Below, one piece after another: positions 136,688-152,167 of a stretch of 248,000 bases of DNA (the stretch's first letter is position 1; each line of letters opens with the position of its first letter). The translations under genes were made by a program, and so were the position numbers. The DNA is from Wallemia ichthyophaga EXF-994 (taxonomy: Eukaryota; Fungi; Basidiomycota). Location: contig NW_008806282.1 of the NCBI RefSeq assembly GCF_000400465.1, positions 20,001 to 268,000 of the forward strand, written 5' to 3'. Below the pieces are notes generated by a model, which was not told where the DNA came from, made no database searches, and worked only from the letters and a program-made list of their open reading frames with translations.

Positions 136688-138581
136688 CTAACCATTAATC
136701 TTGGCACTCATCTCAGCCTGTTTGGTGAGAGCAAGCGGACAGTCACCGCGAGGCATCACAACTTCTAATAAAGTGAGTTTGGATGCATTTGCAAAGTTCT
136801 TGTCATTCAAAACCTCATCCAACTCAGCCCTAGTCTTGACTTGGATGCTTTTATGCTCAGCTTGTTTTTGCTTCGAACCAGCTGGTGGCGAGAAGGTCTT
136901 CAACAGCATTTGATGATCAATGTGAGCAATTTCATTGTATGCTGCAGTTTCCCCGTGTATTTTGCGCTCAATTTCATAGCCATCGTTGGATAAGACCACC
137001 AATATTGGCTTAAGTCCAAGCCTTATAATTGTCGCTAACTCTTGAATTGTGAGTTGGAGACTACCATCACCGATAAACAGCACCGTGCGCCTTCCTTGGT
137101 CGCGAGCTGCGATAGCAGCACCTAATGTCCCTGGTAGTGAGTATCCAATCGAGCCCCAAAGCACTTGCGAAATAGCTGTAGCTTTGTCTGGCAAAGTAAC
137201 ATCAAGTATACCAAACGAACTTGTACCAGTTTCTGTGAGAATGACATCTCCAGTGTTGAAGAAATCTCCAAATCTTGGCCAAAACCAGTCATGTGTGATT
137301 GGTGAGTTGAGATTACCCTTGCTTTCTTCAAGAATTTTGACATTCTTCACTTCACGGGCTTTCTTAGCAGCGATAAACTTCTCAGACTTGGTTGGGTCTG
137401 GCTTGGCTATCTTGCGTAGTGCTTCAGCCAGCTTTGGAATGACTACTCTCATAGGAACACCTGGGTATCTAGCATAACCAATTACAGTCTGGTCTGAGTG
137501 TAGCTCTATCGACTTCTTCTCCTTCAAATTCCCACTCCAACTACCTGTATTTCTGTAAGAATCACAATGTAACATAATGATTACCCAACCAACCAGTGTT
137601 AAAGTCTGATGAGAGTGCACCAACGTTGATCACAAGATCACTAGCTTCAGCGAGCTCTTTAGTCTCGACCGGGTTCGAAAGAGCCCCAATGTAAGTACCA
137701 CCGAAATGTGAGTGGGATTCATCAATCGCACCCTTACCCATAGGGGTGTCAAAAAATATCATGTTGCCCTTTTCGACCAGAGCCTGTGCTTGCGCCTCCA
137801 CTCCGTACCTGAGAGCACAAGCGTCGACAACAACGGCAGGGTTCTTAGATTCTTTGAACAGCTTAACAATCTCCTCTACAACAGCATCGTATGCCTTTTG
137901 CTTCTCCGACTCGTCAGCGAAAACGGAGGAGTGAGCTTCAACAAGACCTCTGATTTCATGAGCGCTTGGCAAAGGAGTTTTGAGTGGTGCAGCAGGAATC
138001 TGAGACTTGACGAGATCGCTTGGAAGAGTGAGGTAAACAGGTTTGCAATTGGAGATAGCGTGAACGATAAGTCTGTCTATTTCCCCGCCAGCGCCCTCGC
138101 TCGAACTAAGAAGAGCTTGGGCTGACGTAATTTCACGTGCTGTGTTTGCGAAAGCCGAGTACGAGGAATCGGTAGATGCAAGCGTATGATGGAGCACCTT
138201 GCTGCTCTTCATTACAGATGTTGCCGCCACGCCGACAATGTGGAAGATCGGAAGTCGCTCAGCCATACTCCCAGCAACGCCGTTGATTGCGCTAAGCTCA
138301 CCGACACCCTGCGTCGTAATGAGTGTGGCCATATTCTTACACGTTCTCGCATATGCATCACTAGCATATGCAGCATTGAGTTCATTTGTGTTTCCAATCC
138401 AGTTAAGGCGTGGGTGCTCTTCAAAGTAATCAAGAAGTCCCAAGTTGAAGTCACCTGGAACACCAAAAATTGGTTGCTGCCCACCGCCACCGAGTTGGTC
138501 AATACGGGTGACAAGATATTCAGCAATCGTGCATGTGTTAGAAGGTCTATCGACCTGAGGTGTTATGTCTACAGCTGCCAT
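136688..138581 (-). CDS. PDC1: Pyruvate decarboxylase
   Basis: FGVPGDFNL, NELNAAYASD, GVGELSA, ETGTS, IGDGSLQLT..NDGY. Confidence 0.92.
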
Positions 138582-138969
138582 TGTACGTGTGTGTTTGTAA
138601 GTGATCGTTTATAACAGCGAACAATCCCGGCGGTGGGAACGAATGATTTGATCCACTGACGATGACGTCAATTTGATAGAACATCCAGAAAGGTGCTTTG
138701 AATCCAAATTCAAGAATCACAGTAATTTGTTTTTATCGACTGAATATTGATTCTTAGACATGCTTGTTTAATTCCGTTATTTATATATTGCATCATTACG
138801 GCACCCGAGACACATGTGTCCGATAACCGACATTTTAACTCGTGAACGAAAAAAGCCAAAGCCCGTTGAATTATAGAAAAATAACTACAAGCGTGTATCT
138901 TAAAACATATTATAAATGGGAGTAGGGTAGAATCAGGGTAGCAAATAAAGGCTAGAAATTGTGATATCG

Positions 138970-141900
138970 CTAAGCTGCATCTTCATCCTCTTCAACGATA
139001 ACGGTATCATCATTTTCCTTATGAGTAGGTTGAGATTGTTCGGTTGTGTTGTTGTTTTCGTTATTGTCAGCATCAGCTTCATCAGCCGCATAGAAAAGCC
139101 AATGGCACTGGTGGTGATTGTGAGATGCGCTCAATACATTCAATCATTTACTCACCTGCAGAATAAATATCTTAACCAAATTCGACACATGTCCAATGTT
139201 GCTCATGCTAGCCATAAAGTTGCCAGGTCCAGCTGGCGGTTTGAGTATGTTTGGACCGAAAACAATCGCGAGATTGTGTGCAAACATCTGGTTCTGATCC
139301 TCGAAGTCAGTGACTCTGAGTGATGGTTAGTTTGTAAAACGATTCAAATATCTCACTCACTTCTCCAGATGCTCTGCAAGTCTTCTCAGCAGTGTGAAAT
139401 GTGTTCTTGGCAAATTCCAAACAAGCTCGCGAATGGCATATAGCCGCTCTTCGTACTCCTCAATCAGCACTGCTTGGATAAAGCTGGGGTACATTGCATA
139501 TGGTACGACTGGTTCGGGCAATTCACGAAGATAAAGCTTAAGGATACCAGTGACTGAGTGTACATCTCTTGCGTCCCCTTCACTCAAGTTGATCGCCGAA
139601 GCATCGCTGTCGAATGCGTCCTTGAGGTTTGTAATCGAGCTAATAGCTCCACTTAATCTGTAAATGCCCGTTTCGAGCAAACCTCTCTTTTCAATCTCAT
139701 TCAAACACTTGTCAATAAGGATCGGAATATCCCCATTTTCGATACCTTCGTCGCCATGCTCTCGTCTCACAACTTCAGATAAATCAACACCAAAGACTGC
139801 TTTTATGTTAGATGGGCGTGGTGCGTTGGTAACTTATACTCACCTGCCTGTGGCTCCCTCTTTCCGGACACAGCTGGGGCTTGAGTTTGCTGTTGAGTTT
139901 GCGCTTGCAAATCGCTAGCCGAAGTTGCATTCGGAGCAATGTAAGTGAGACGCTTTGCGGCTGACGACTGACTCGCTCTTGAAACAACATCAATCCACTC
140001 CTTGACATCAGATGCAGACGTAGCTTGGAAAAGGTAGTTAGCTCCATCCTCAGACACGATTTGGAAAGTGTAACTGCGAGCATTGTTGACAAATTCAGAC
140101 ACTCTGGCAGCATGCAACGTAACGACTAGTGCAGGTTTGTTTGAGGGTTCGAAATCCAACTCAGACAGTCTCTTTCTAGGTGTCTCTGATGGTGTGTGCT
140201 GAGAGGAGCCGAATGCAATTGACAGAGGTCTAAATGGTCTGAGTAACGCCGTCATGCGCTTTCCTTGTCTTGATTTCTTGGCAGTATTTGTACTACCAAC
140301 ACTGGCAGTAGACGTCGATGATGTTGTTCGACTGTGCCTGGATAAAAACGACATAGAGGCAGCTTTCTGTATCTCTGTTTCACGTTTCTCGAGAACAGCC
140401 AAGTCATCTCGTTTTTCACGCCTCATGCGTTCGATAATTGTTGCATCTCTTTTCTCCTTCTCTTGTTGCAGCTTCACTACACCGGCGAAAGCATAAGTAT
140501 GCTCGACATTGAAATCCTTGGTCTGTGCCTCGATAACTTCTCGACTAGCGTCCTCATGCACATGTTTATGGATAGAATGCTCAGAATCCTTTGTCTGTAG
140601 ACGAGGTATCAGTTCATTCGACTGCTTGTCCATTAGTTGCAGAAGGAATGAAATAGATCCTTCATCCTCGCTAGACAGTACGTTCTGTTGACCGAGTTGC
140701 GGGGCGTTGCAACTGAAATTGAAGAGATACCTCCGCTTATCGAAGGAAACGAATTGTCCGATAAGATTCTCATCATCCCTTACGTCCAGTATTACTTCGA
140801 GCATACGCTCCCAGATCCAGCCGAGATCGACAGCGCAAGGCCGCTCACGCTCACGTAGGCTTGATACGCTTTTTCTCCTATCGCTTTCACTGACATCTGG
140901 CGACTTGATGAACGTCTGCAGCGACTGGATATCTGCATTCCTATTGTCAGCCACCTTAGTCCATGTACCGACATGGCTTCTGGATTCAGGCGTCACCAAA
141001 GCAGCCACTAGCGCACCCTCGACCATAGACTTAATAGTAGAGCCGGAAACGTCATTCGCAGACGGTACAATACTCGCCATGCTTGAACTCAATGTCCCAC
141101 CAGTACGCATAGAAATATCCTCGCCATTCAAGCAAGTCATCCTAGATCTGCAAATGGTAATAGCATCCAACATTATCTCTATCCTCTTTGATCGTGCTTC
141201 CAATCCTAAACCAACTTGCGAGATCATGTTTGTTGCCCATTTTCTCACTATCATAGTAGCCTTGTGAGCAGCTCTAACGCTGGCTGGCAATCTCCTAGCG
141301 ATACTGACATCTCCTTCTCCTTTAACGATAGATATGTACGTGTAAATATCCTGTATTGGCAAATTCTCCTGAGATGGATTGTGGTTGATGTCTTGCGATT
141401 TGCTTGCAAACCATCCATCATTCTCATTCACCTGAGTTTCAAACAATTCGGCTGTTGCGACTAAATCCTGCTCAGAAATGTTTCGGAGTATAGCAGAGCC
141501 AATCTGGTCCAAGGCTTCAACAATCTCCTCAGCTGAACTGTTGTCCATATTCTCAACAACAGTGGCAGCTTCAAGGATATCTCTAGTTTTACTCTCCGGA
141601 ACTGCCTTGTCTTCTGGAGCTGGCTCAGATGATTGGTCACCTTCCAGAACTCCTTCTGGCTTGATGTCACTGTTTAGCGACTCGGAGGGACCTTCATTGT
141701 TAGATAATAAATCAGGCCTAAGAGCCTGTCTGACAAAGAAGTCATACAAAGACTGCATTGCGCGCTGTGTAGTTTGCAGCGATGACAGCTGATCTTCGCT
141801 GACGTGGCGTTCTTGAGTCAATGTTTGTGCACCTTTCAAGAAGGTGTAGAGCCCAGAAAACAAAGCTTGCTCATCGAGAGCATCTTGCAGACCACCACCG

Positions 141901-144900
141901 AATTCTAACCAGAATCTCAGCGCATCAATAACACCAACACGCACTCTTGTTACTTGCTCCCACTCGATTTCATCGACTGGTATTCGTTCAGACTTCCAGG
142001 TTGGGAAGTGAACCTCTGAAGCGACCAGTGATAATTCCGGCGAGACGTTTGGAGCACATTCAAAGCGCTTTTGAAGCGTCTGACGGGTGTTAGAAGGCTT
142101 TACTTGAATATTGTAACAACGCACCTCAAAGAGTTTTAACGGAAGACAGATACTTCTGAAAGTAGCGAAGAACACATCGGCGTACTCAGTCAAGTCCATA
142201 GCAAACTTGATCTTCCCTTTACCAGCGGAAGACACCTCCAGACCACCGCCCATATCGTCAGCAGAAGTTCTTTGTACACCTAAATGATCAATGCCTAGAA
142301 TAAGCACGTCGATCAGCCTATCCAGGTTTCCACTCTTGACATGCACTCTCAAATACGCTTCATTCGAGTGATTGCTGCTGAAGTTACTGTAGTTGGAGTA
142401 CCGCTGCGAAGGCGTACCGATGAGACTTTGGCGCCTCACGGATGCAGCACGACCCAATGCACCAGTCGTACCGGTGGTGGTGCAGAAGTTAGACACGCTA
142501 GCATGTCGCGAAGTAGCCCGTGACTCTATCAAAGAAGTGGGTCTGGATCCCTCCTCACCCACTCTAGCAGATGAAGGTAACACCGGACTGTCGAGTTTAG
142601 TTTGACCACTTGCCGATGTAGCGACCGACAGTCTATGAGACACACTGAAACGCTTGACAAAAAATGACTCATTAGGGAGGGCTTTGATCACCAATTCTCC
142701 ATCACACAAGTTAAATAACGTCTCTGCGCCACCAGCTGCCATCTCCTTCATCGTCCTTTGAAATGCCAGACGACGGTTCTGAGGCTCGTGTATATTCTTG
142801 GCTGCCTTTTCTATAGCTAGAACTGGCGATTGTCCGTCTTCGTTTTTGATAGCGCGGCGTGAAGGCTTGCGTTTGAGATCCATATCGAAACTCCTTCTGC
142901 GCAGCTGAAGTGAATGCGTGCGCACAAGTTGACGAGCTTGTGGTGTAGGTGTTGGGAGAGTTGTTTGCGCTGACTTTGTTGAATCCGTGCTGTCAAGTCT
143001 CGACATTTTCGGTTTGGAAGGTTGAGCATAAAGTTTCTCGTTAGCTTCTGCCGCAATGCTCTCTGCATCACTGAAGGTAACATATGACAACGTTGGTGGG
143101 AATGTCAGGGGCGTAAGTGGATGTACGAGTAGTTGAGTAGGTGGTTTGTAGTCGGTTGCAAGGGCTGGAGACGCGCTTGCAATGGAATCTTCTGTCTTGT
143201 GAGTCTTGCGCTCAGCAGGTGCGTTCAGCAATCTACTTTCACAACTGAGAGAGTTGCCAATATAGAGAGATATTCTATGAATTGATTAGAGTTTATAAAT
143301 TGAGCAGATTCAACTCACTGAGGCAGTTGTGGTATCGGTATTAAAGACAAATACTGCCACAGCGCACCAAACTCGACCAACAAAGCTGCACATCTAGATG
143401 TCAAAACTTTGTCATCGTCCTCCTCACGTCCACCAACAGTATGATTATCATCATCATCATTAGTCGCAGTACCAACTGTGTCACGACTACTCTTATGATT
143501 CAAATCTATTTTGACATTCTGACCCAAGTAAGACTCTTCGAACAACGCAAACGCTTCATAAAGTCTCCTACGCGATCTGTATAATGGAGCAAGCTGAATC
143601 TCATCGGTGCTGTGAGCATCTAGCGTCGGCTTCACGTCATCCAGTAGTGTTCCAAGGTATGGTATAGCAGCTGAGGTGACGTGAATTGAAGAATTTGCTG
143701 CTGGTCTAACTTTACTCTTGGGTGGTATTGTGTAGTTTGGAATTGATGTCGCCGGTTTGACCTTTGCTTCAGTGGTAATTTCAGCCTCATCAACAACTCC
143801 CAAATCAGCCAGCGTTGCTGCCCATCTTGACACCGTGTTACGTTCATCACGACCAATGCGCTTCCATGTCCTTGAAAGTCGTGATACAGCGCGGGAGCAA
143901 AGACCCAACGCAACAGCAGCCCATCCTGCAGCATCGCCAAGTCGCTCAAGTGACATACCGACTCTGATCCAATGCACGATCAAAGTTGCACGCAAAGCGG
144001 TGGGCGAAGACGTCGTAGCAGCGACTAGAGATCTCAACTGACCAAGTGAGCTAATTCCCTCTAAATTAAGTGGTTGTCTTGATAGAATAAGAACATGGTG
144101 CAATATCAATCTAGTCAGGAAATGAGGCTTGGCGGGAGAAAATGACAAGAGCAATAACGGATTGGCATCATCAGCTTGCTGACAAATTCTCAAAAACATT
144201 TCTTGTCTGACCCTCAAATCCTCACCATCGTGCTTGTCAAGGTATTCACCAAGTCCGTTTATGCGTTCAACGTGATAGGAGTGTACTTGACGACCAATCT
144301 CCCGCGGCTCTAACACCAGAAATAGAGCTGGTGTCAAACCAGCATTTGCAAGGTGCTTCGAAACTTCTGATCGCAGGACCTGCGGCGACGAAGAATCACT
144401 CCGTAGCTTACTTTGGTAGTCTTCAGGTGCGAAGGGAGAAGGTATATCACGAGGATTGAAGAGGTTTGCATGAATTGTTTTGACTAAATCTTCGTGTTCC
144501 TGCGTCGATGGCCTAGGCTTTATGGCTTCGACAAGATTAATGAGTATTCTCTTTCCTTGGTCATCGAGCTGCAAACGCTGAATTGCGACGAGATATCTTA
144601 TGATGAAAGGTAGGATGACATGCTGAATGTATTCTGCGTTTGGAGCTTCTTGCAACGCGGTATTTGAACACTTCTGGACTTCACTGAAGAACCTTGTTGG
144701 TGTAAAGTGCTTTTCGAGTACCGCAGAGTAGTTGAAAATGACGCTCTCGACGTATTCATATTGTTGATCTGAGGTATGTTAGGATTGAAATGGAGACATT
144801 AAGAACTCACCATTATTAGAAGACTGTGTAGCGAAGATCATTTCATGAACAATTGCACCCGGACTACCACCGATAACTCTTTCGTCAGACGCGCTCTCAT

Positions 144901-145912
144901 TAATGACGAGACCGGGATGCTTATCTTTACCGTAATACGCGCGTGATCTTTGAACAGGGTTCTGCTGCTGGATAGGAGCACTAGGTATAAGTCTCTGAGG
145001 AAAAAAGTCCTTAATGGCGTTAGCCTTCTCGGACGAAGGTATCTTGTATAAAAATAGCTTGTTGTTCCTTAATGTGACTTTGAAGGGTTTCCAGTTACGA
145101 GAGAGTTCGCCTTGTGTTTTTCGTGAGGGCATGTAATCAATCTTTCTTTGGAGGAAGCCGGACCTAAGAGTGATCTGCGAAGACCTTTTATCGGTGCGCT
145201 GTTCTTGAGACCAGAAATCGTGATCACGACCCGGGGTTGGAGAAGGCGGGTCATCACGGCCGACATCCAGATCAAAAACGTGATTTGAAGTGTTCGTAGG
145301 TGAGACAGCTGTGTTAGTTTCGTCATCAGACCGGGCTTTAGCTGTGGGGTGAAGCGTTGGGTGGGAAGAAGTGGGAGTGAGGAGCGCTTCATGCTCTGGT
145401 GTGGGTGAGCCCCCCTTTGGAGACTCAAGGCTGGAGGAAGAAGATTGGGCTATGGAAGCGAGTGGAGTTGGATTGCCAAAGAGAATAGAATGAGCAGCAA
145501 GTGAAGATTTCCTCTGCGGTCTCTGATTGAAGTCAGGGGTCATGAGAGATGCTTGCTGCTGCTGGGACTGCTGGGACTGCTGGGCTTGCTCTTCAATCGG
145601 GTAGACAGCCATCGGGAGAGATATCTTGCGCGTACGGAGAGATGATTCAGCGGGATCTTTCCTGGGCTGAACGTGTATCTGGTCGTTGAAGCTGCCCAAG
145701 TCATCGACTGACTTTGAGTGCTTTTGTTCTGTGCTCGTGTATGGCTGGTTGAAATGAAGTGAATTGGATTGCTGCAAAGATTTTTTGCTATTCGACGGCT
145801 GCAATCTCTTCAAGTAGTTTACAAAGTTTGGCCTTGACTCGTCATCCTTTTTGAATCGTCTCATCGTCGTGGGGCACAACGAGTCGCGTCGAATGGACGT
145901 GCTCACGTCCAT
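138970..145912 (-). CDS. Large RasGEF-PH-RhoGAP protein (Bem2-like)
   Basis: N-terminal PH, RasGEF helices (IPYLG), second PH, RhoGAP (ETGIYRLSG, ILKLYLRELPEP). Confidence 0.8.
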
Positions 145913-146304
145913 TTCTGCTCGAAAATAAATAAACTTACACTTGTGAGTCGTGGAACAGCGTATTTTGCTGTATTCCCTATATTATCCACAGTTTTACCTT
146001 TCAATTTATGTTTCTGGTATGTGTGACAGCGGTGACGATTTACGGCAAGTACGACAGCTGCGATCGATGATCTAGAGCGTTTCCATGGATTATATTCTAA
146101 AATACACCCACTCCGATACATTTTTTTGCAAATTTTGGCACGCGATCTTTATCAGATCTCAGTGTGCCTCCTTTCAACCTCGGCGAAGAATTGAGTAATT
146201 TGAGTAAATTGCAAAATTACGGAGCTTGCGATAAGACGAGTACGTCATCTTCACGATAACAAGAATATGCTGATCGCCCCTCAAACTCACTCAGTCATCA
146301 CACA

Positions 146305-148305
146305 ATGAAACGCTACTTGAGCTCGTCGACGAGGCTAGCCAAATCTGACCCTGGAAACCATCAGCGAGTGAGTGCACCTACTACGTCTTCCCCAGCTACC
146401 TCATCTAATTCCACTTCTTCAGGACCTTATCTTATCCGTACTCAACGCCAGGCCGTCTGCCAGGGACTCCAAATCCTACTTGGCATCTTTCAGAAAACCA
146501 CAAAAGCCTGCATTCGACGTAAATCACAGCCTTCCTCTCAAGACCTCCGACATTGATCCCACCACGCCTTTATCTACCACGACCACTGCGCCCGATGACG
146601 AGATACTCGACCCTATAAACCCTCGAGCAGGGCTCGTAAAGCTCCAGGGTCCTTTCACCGATCGCCAGCTCGACTCTATAGGCGTCGGGATGAACAACCT
146701 TCGCGAAATGGGTCTTGTCAGCGTCGTCGTTGTCGATTCCGAGCTGTGGTCCGTCGAGCGACTGAAGCGAGCCAAGAACAACGGCAGCCACGCCGTCTCA
146801 CAGCTCATACACTCAATTCGCGACGAGGTTATTAGAGTTACAGAGACATTAATCGAAGAGGGCAGCGAAGCGATACCTATCCTACACCCAATAGCGCATC
146901 TCGATAAACGCTCCAAGTGTCTCCCTCAATGGGCTACATCACAGCAACATAGAAGAGCCAGACATGCACCTGAGACATGCCATATCAACCTCGCAGACCT
147001 GGCCCAAATCCGCAAAGCTATCAAGAAACGCATAACACCTGTAATACCGTCGTTTGCATTTAACGACGACCTCAGGACAATACCTGTGCATGCTGACGAG
147101 ATACTGGTCGCACTGTCAGAATCGCTCGAGGCTGCACAATCTCAAAAGGCAGACGAGCTCAAAAAGCTGACAATGGATATCACACCACTGCGTCTACTGA
147201 TTATAACAAGAACCGGAGGTATTCCTTCACCCGCACGATCAGGTCTGCCGCATTTATCCATAAACTTGTCAAGCGAGCATGAGCATATCGCTTCAACTTT
147301 CGTTTGGGAGTCTTCACACCCATCCGCACTAACAAACCTCTCGCTGGCAAGACGGTGTCTGATGCACATGCCACAGTCATCTACTGCTCTAATTGTCGGA
147401 CACAGATCCGCAATGGACCTCGTAGCCAATCTGATAACTAACAAACCCGCTCACTCTGCCTCCTTGCCACACGAGCTTCTCGTTACTTCCGATAAGATCA
147501 CATCACACACTCCTACATCGGTCAGATTAGGTGCGCCCATACAATGTATTCGCAATTTCGAAGACATCGACCAAGACAAACTAACCCACCTCCTCGAATC
147601 GTCATTCAGGCGAGTTTTAGACAGAGATGCGTTCTTTACTCGTCTTAGGCACTCGCTAGATTTTGTCATTGTTGCTGGTGATTATGGCGGCTGCGCCATT
147701 GTGACGAATGAGGTGGATCGCGATGTCGATGGCAATGGCAATGGCAATGGCGAACGTGATGACTCAAACTCTATCGCATACCTGGACAAATTTGCTGTAC
147801 TCCCATCTATGCAAGGAGACGGTACTGTCGATTTCCTCTGGCTGGCCTTGCGCGATGAAAGCTTCGGACTTGGATTGCTCGATGCTCTCAACACCAACGG
147901 CGGCCTCGAAGGTAAAGGTGTAGGCAAGGACTTGGTTTGGAGATCACGTGGCAACAACCCGATAAATAAGGTGAGTTTGTGGGCGCTCAGCTCAATAACA
148001 TCGACTAAACTCCAACACAGTGGTACTTCGAGAGAGCCACCGGATTTCTGCGGGTCGAGGGCAAGACTGAAGCGGCCAAGAAGGCAGGTGGATGGGTCAT
148101 GTTCTGGGCGGATGCAGAGGATAAACTGGCACGTAAATTGAAAGGTCGCCACGCAACACCTCTCGCACCAACAGGAATCCCACTACCGGGAAGTGAAGGT
148201 CTCAGTAACCCAGACCTTGGCTTGTCACTTATTGAAGACGAGGAGCAAGGACGGCTGCTCATCTATGAAAAAGTTGCATCCAACATACCCTCTAGTTGGA
148301 AGTGA
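146305..148305 (+). CDS. ARG2: Mitochondrial N-acetylglutamate synthase
   Basis: NARPSARDSKSYL, GGIPSPARSG, AYLDKFAVLP, LVWRSR. Confidence 0.85.
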
Positions 148306-148366
148306 AAATAAACAGACAAGGATAGATATAGAATTTCTAACGAGTAATATCAATGCATGTATCAAC

Positions 148367-151300
148367 TCACTGGCTGAATATTAAGTTGAGATTAGCTATT
148401 CTCTCCTGTTTGTTTTCTTCTGATGATTTACCACCTAGCGCATTGTCAACGAGCGCAGTCTTGCGTTTCTGTATGTGCATAACGCGATCCTCTATGCTGT
148501 CTTGGATACAGAACCTCACAACGTGTACGTCTTTCTCTTGGCCGATTCTATGTACTCTATCAATAGCCTGCTTTTCGATGGCTTCGTTCCACCAGACGTC
148601 CATCATAAATACGTGGTTAGCGGAAGTAAGGTTGAGTCCCACACCACCAGCTCGCAAGCTGATGAGAAGGACTACACTATTATCACCTCTATCGAGATCA
148701 TTGAGTACTATCTCCCTATTCTTCTGTGACGTCGATCCATCCAGTCTTAAGAAATGAATCTTGTCCTTAATGAGCGAATCGCCAACTAGATCCAAGAAAG
148801 CTGTGAATTGTGAGAAAACGACAGCTTTGAATTTACCCTCCACTTCGCGCAATCGCTGTAAATGTCCAGTGAGAGCACGCAGTTTCGCTGAGGATTGAAA
148901 ATTGTGCGCCTTTCGCAACTTCACCACTTGGTCATTCTGGGATGTCGGTTCACCGTACACGACCTCAAGTAGTTGATCTGTGCGTATTGGGCCATTGCGG
149001 CAGACTGGACACGAAGTCATCTCCCCCTTGTCTTCTAATCTATCGAAGTATCCTAGAACGCATTGCTTGCAGCTGATGGGAGGTGGGTAAGAGGAGTCTA
149101 GGGTGCAATGTTATTCTCACCTCTTGTGCATACACGGAAGCAGAACAGGGATAGACATGTTCTCAAAACATATCTAAGACGTGTTAGTTTGTATAGCAAA
149201 TACAGTGTATACCCACAGGACACTCATTGTCCTCTTCACTCATGTCAGTCTGCTCATGAACTCCGTTCGCGAGTTCACTGAGTACCTGCTTGGCGTAATT
149301 GGAATCACCACCTGCGGCAAATTTTGCAATCATAGACTGTATGTCAATACCTGCAACACCACCATCATCGTCCTCCACTTCATCGCTCTCTGTGTCCTTC
149401 TTATTACCTCCGGATGTGACAAGAAACGGATGGAGAGCAGCTTGGCGAAGTCTGAGGAGCATTGCGAATATGTTACTGTAGCTTTTGAGCAACATCCCTT
149501 TATGACTCAAAGCATCGAACTTCCTCTTCGCTTTTTTAAAGATAGCGTTGTATATCTGTCTCTCCTCCGGGGAGAAATCGAGTTTCTCAACATTGACAAT
149601 CTTCTTGGGGAGTGTGACGATAGGTTTCCCATCGCTATCTCGCATGTTCTTCTCTCTCCGGAGCAGACAAGATGACATTATGACCTGGATCAGTTCTATA
149701 GCCTTGGGATCTTGGCTTGCAAATGGTGCGGTAATGAAACTCTTGAAGAAGGTGAAATCGGACCAAGGTTCAACTTTAAGGAATTTGAGCAGCGAGTAAA
149801 GGTCTTCGAGGCGATTGACAATCGGTGTGCCTGTGAGAGCCCATCTTCTGTAAGCAGCGATTTCGAATGCCGCCTTGGCATTGAGCGTCGATCTGTTTTT
149901 GATGTGGTGTGCCTCGTCAATTACAACTCTGTGCCAATAATAATCGAGAATCGTCGGTACGGTGACAGCCTCGTTGGAAGACTTTACGAATGTCTGGTAG
150001 TCGCTTATGAGAACACCATAGCTTGTTATTACGACATTGAAACAATTCGAGTAATCTATAACATTGCCATTCTCATCTTCAACTTTTGTGCGCTTTCTCA
150101 GTTGATTCTCAAGATTGCCTCGATTTTCGCCGTAGTATACAATGGTGCGAACAGAGCCTTTCGCAGAGCACCGCTCAATCTCGTCTCGCCACTGACCGAG
150201 CAGGGACATAGGAACGATGACGAGAGTAGTGTCATTGAGCGCCTTGAAACCCCCCGGCTGTCTGGATTGTGAGGGATTTTTAGCAGACGTAGATGTATTC
150301 TGCTTCCGTTTCTTCTTTGGCTTGCCATCTTCAGTGTCTCGGATTTCCTGGCTCTGACTGAGCTGATAATCGTTATCTGAATCGCTCTGATCGATCTTTA
150401 TAGGAGCAGATTTAGATTGTTTGCTCCCAACTGCGTCAATTCTCTGCTGCTTTCCTGGCTTGACTGTATTGATTTGTTTTTGGTGCCAAGACAAGTCTGA
150501 GTTTTTGTGGTGATGGAGAAGCGCTGCAATCATAATAGTCTTCCCCATACCCATTTCATCGCCCTGTATGCCACCTCTCAGAGTCTTGTTGGCAGATGGG
150601 AAAGTATCTGACAGCTCGCTCGAGTATGGATTGAAGTAAAAATACTCGGCATGAGTCGTGCTCTGCGGATGATCTCTGAATCGGTATCTAGAGAATTGGT
150701 TTACATGTCGCTATTACTTGCGAGAAAGTACTCACTTTTCCCAAAGAGGATGCATCGCTTGAGGATGTGGATCACACGACCGGCTTCTCCCGTTTTTCCC
150801 AATCTCCTCGCTTTCTCCACTCTCCATTGACGACATCCAGCTGAGCGCTTCCTTTTGGTAGTTGCGCAGTGTCAGATTGAAGCTGTCAGCGGCATCAATA
150901 GGCATCAAGTTCCTGCTAGTACCTCCAGCGCGGCTATAGACAGCTCGCAGCTGCTCGTCATCGACTTTGTCAGGGGTTTGAGAGCGATCGTGAGCGTTAT
151001 CGTGAGCTTGATCATGCTCATCGTCGCTGCTATCAATGTTGATAACGGACTTGTCCATCACATGCGTAGTTTTGGTGTTGTTTTTGACGGTGTTATCAGT
151101 GTCGGTGTCAGTGTTCGCAGTGTTCACGGTGTCAACGGAGTGTATCTGTGAAGCAGCTTGCTTGAAGTGGTCAATCTGGGATATGCCATTAAGGGCGCCT
151201 TTGCGACGATGCTGTTGGGTGACACTGCTGCTTTCAATCGGGCTCAAGCTGGTATGGTGGAACACTTTCATCAGAGCCTCCTGCCGTCCAGCAAGTTCTT

Positions 151301-152071
151301 TCTCCTGTTGGCTTTCCTCACTCTGAGATATCTTGCTGGCCTGTCCGTCTGTGTTGTTGCTGTTGCTTTTGCTGCTGTTCTTCTGTGCAAACGCTTTCGG
151401 GTGAAGATACACCTGTAGCGAGAGAATGATGGTATCACCACTGCGCAGCGTCTCGTCGCAATCCATCAACGTTCCAGTGAGCTCGATGATCTGCGTAGTG
151501 TTTAGTGTGGTGTTAGCGGGGTGCACTAAACGCAGTAATGATAACGTACCTGCTTATCGAGCAGTCTGCTCAGATACGACGTGTGGTTAGACGGTAGCCT
151601 ACCCACTTCAAACCCGCGCATGTTCCTAAATCTGCGAGGCCAGATTAGAATGGTTGCATGCGGCGATTAGGCTCACCTGATGATAGTGTTTTCTGATTTG
151701 TTTGAAGACTTGGCAGCGAATCCCTTCAAAGTTGATGTTTTGCCCTTGCCATTCTTTCCATTCTTGCCAGTCTTCTCCGCCTGCTTATTCTTATCTCTCT
151801 CTACCAGCACCTGCTCGCCACTGCGGGCATAACCTTTGCCGTTAACAGTGGACCAACCACTAATGATAATCTCGCCAATAAATCGATTATAGCGCGTTTC
151901 ATCTGTTTTCGCCGTTATCTCGACGACGTCTGTGTCTTCTCGACTGAGTTTGTCTTCGTGTTTACGTTTGGCAGGTGTGCTCGCGACTATCTCCAAATCA
152001 CTCTCGGTCTTATTGTTTTCTTCTTCCCACTCATCTCCAGAATCGAAGAAGAGCGGCGTATCTTGCGTCAT
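148367..152071 (-). CDS. RAD5: Rad5 SNF2 helicase / RING E3 with HIRAN
   Basis: HIRAN, GAIQGDEMGMGKT, IDEAHHIK, RING, VFSQFT, QAIDRVHRIGQ. Confidence 0.9.
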
Positions 152072-152167
152072 CAGTGGTCGTTGTCACAAAGAGACAGCCA
152101 CGCGAAACGCCAAATAAAAAATAAATATAAATCCAGCTTAAATAACTTAAATTATAAATCACCTCAA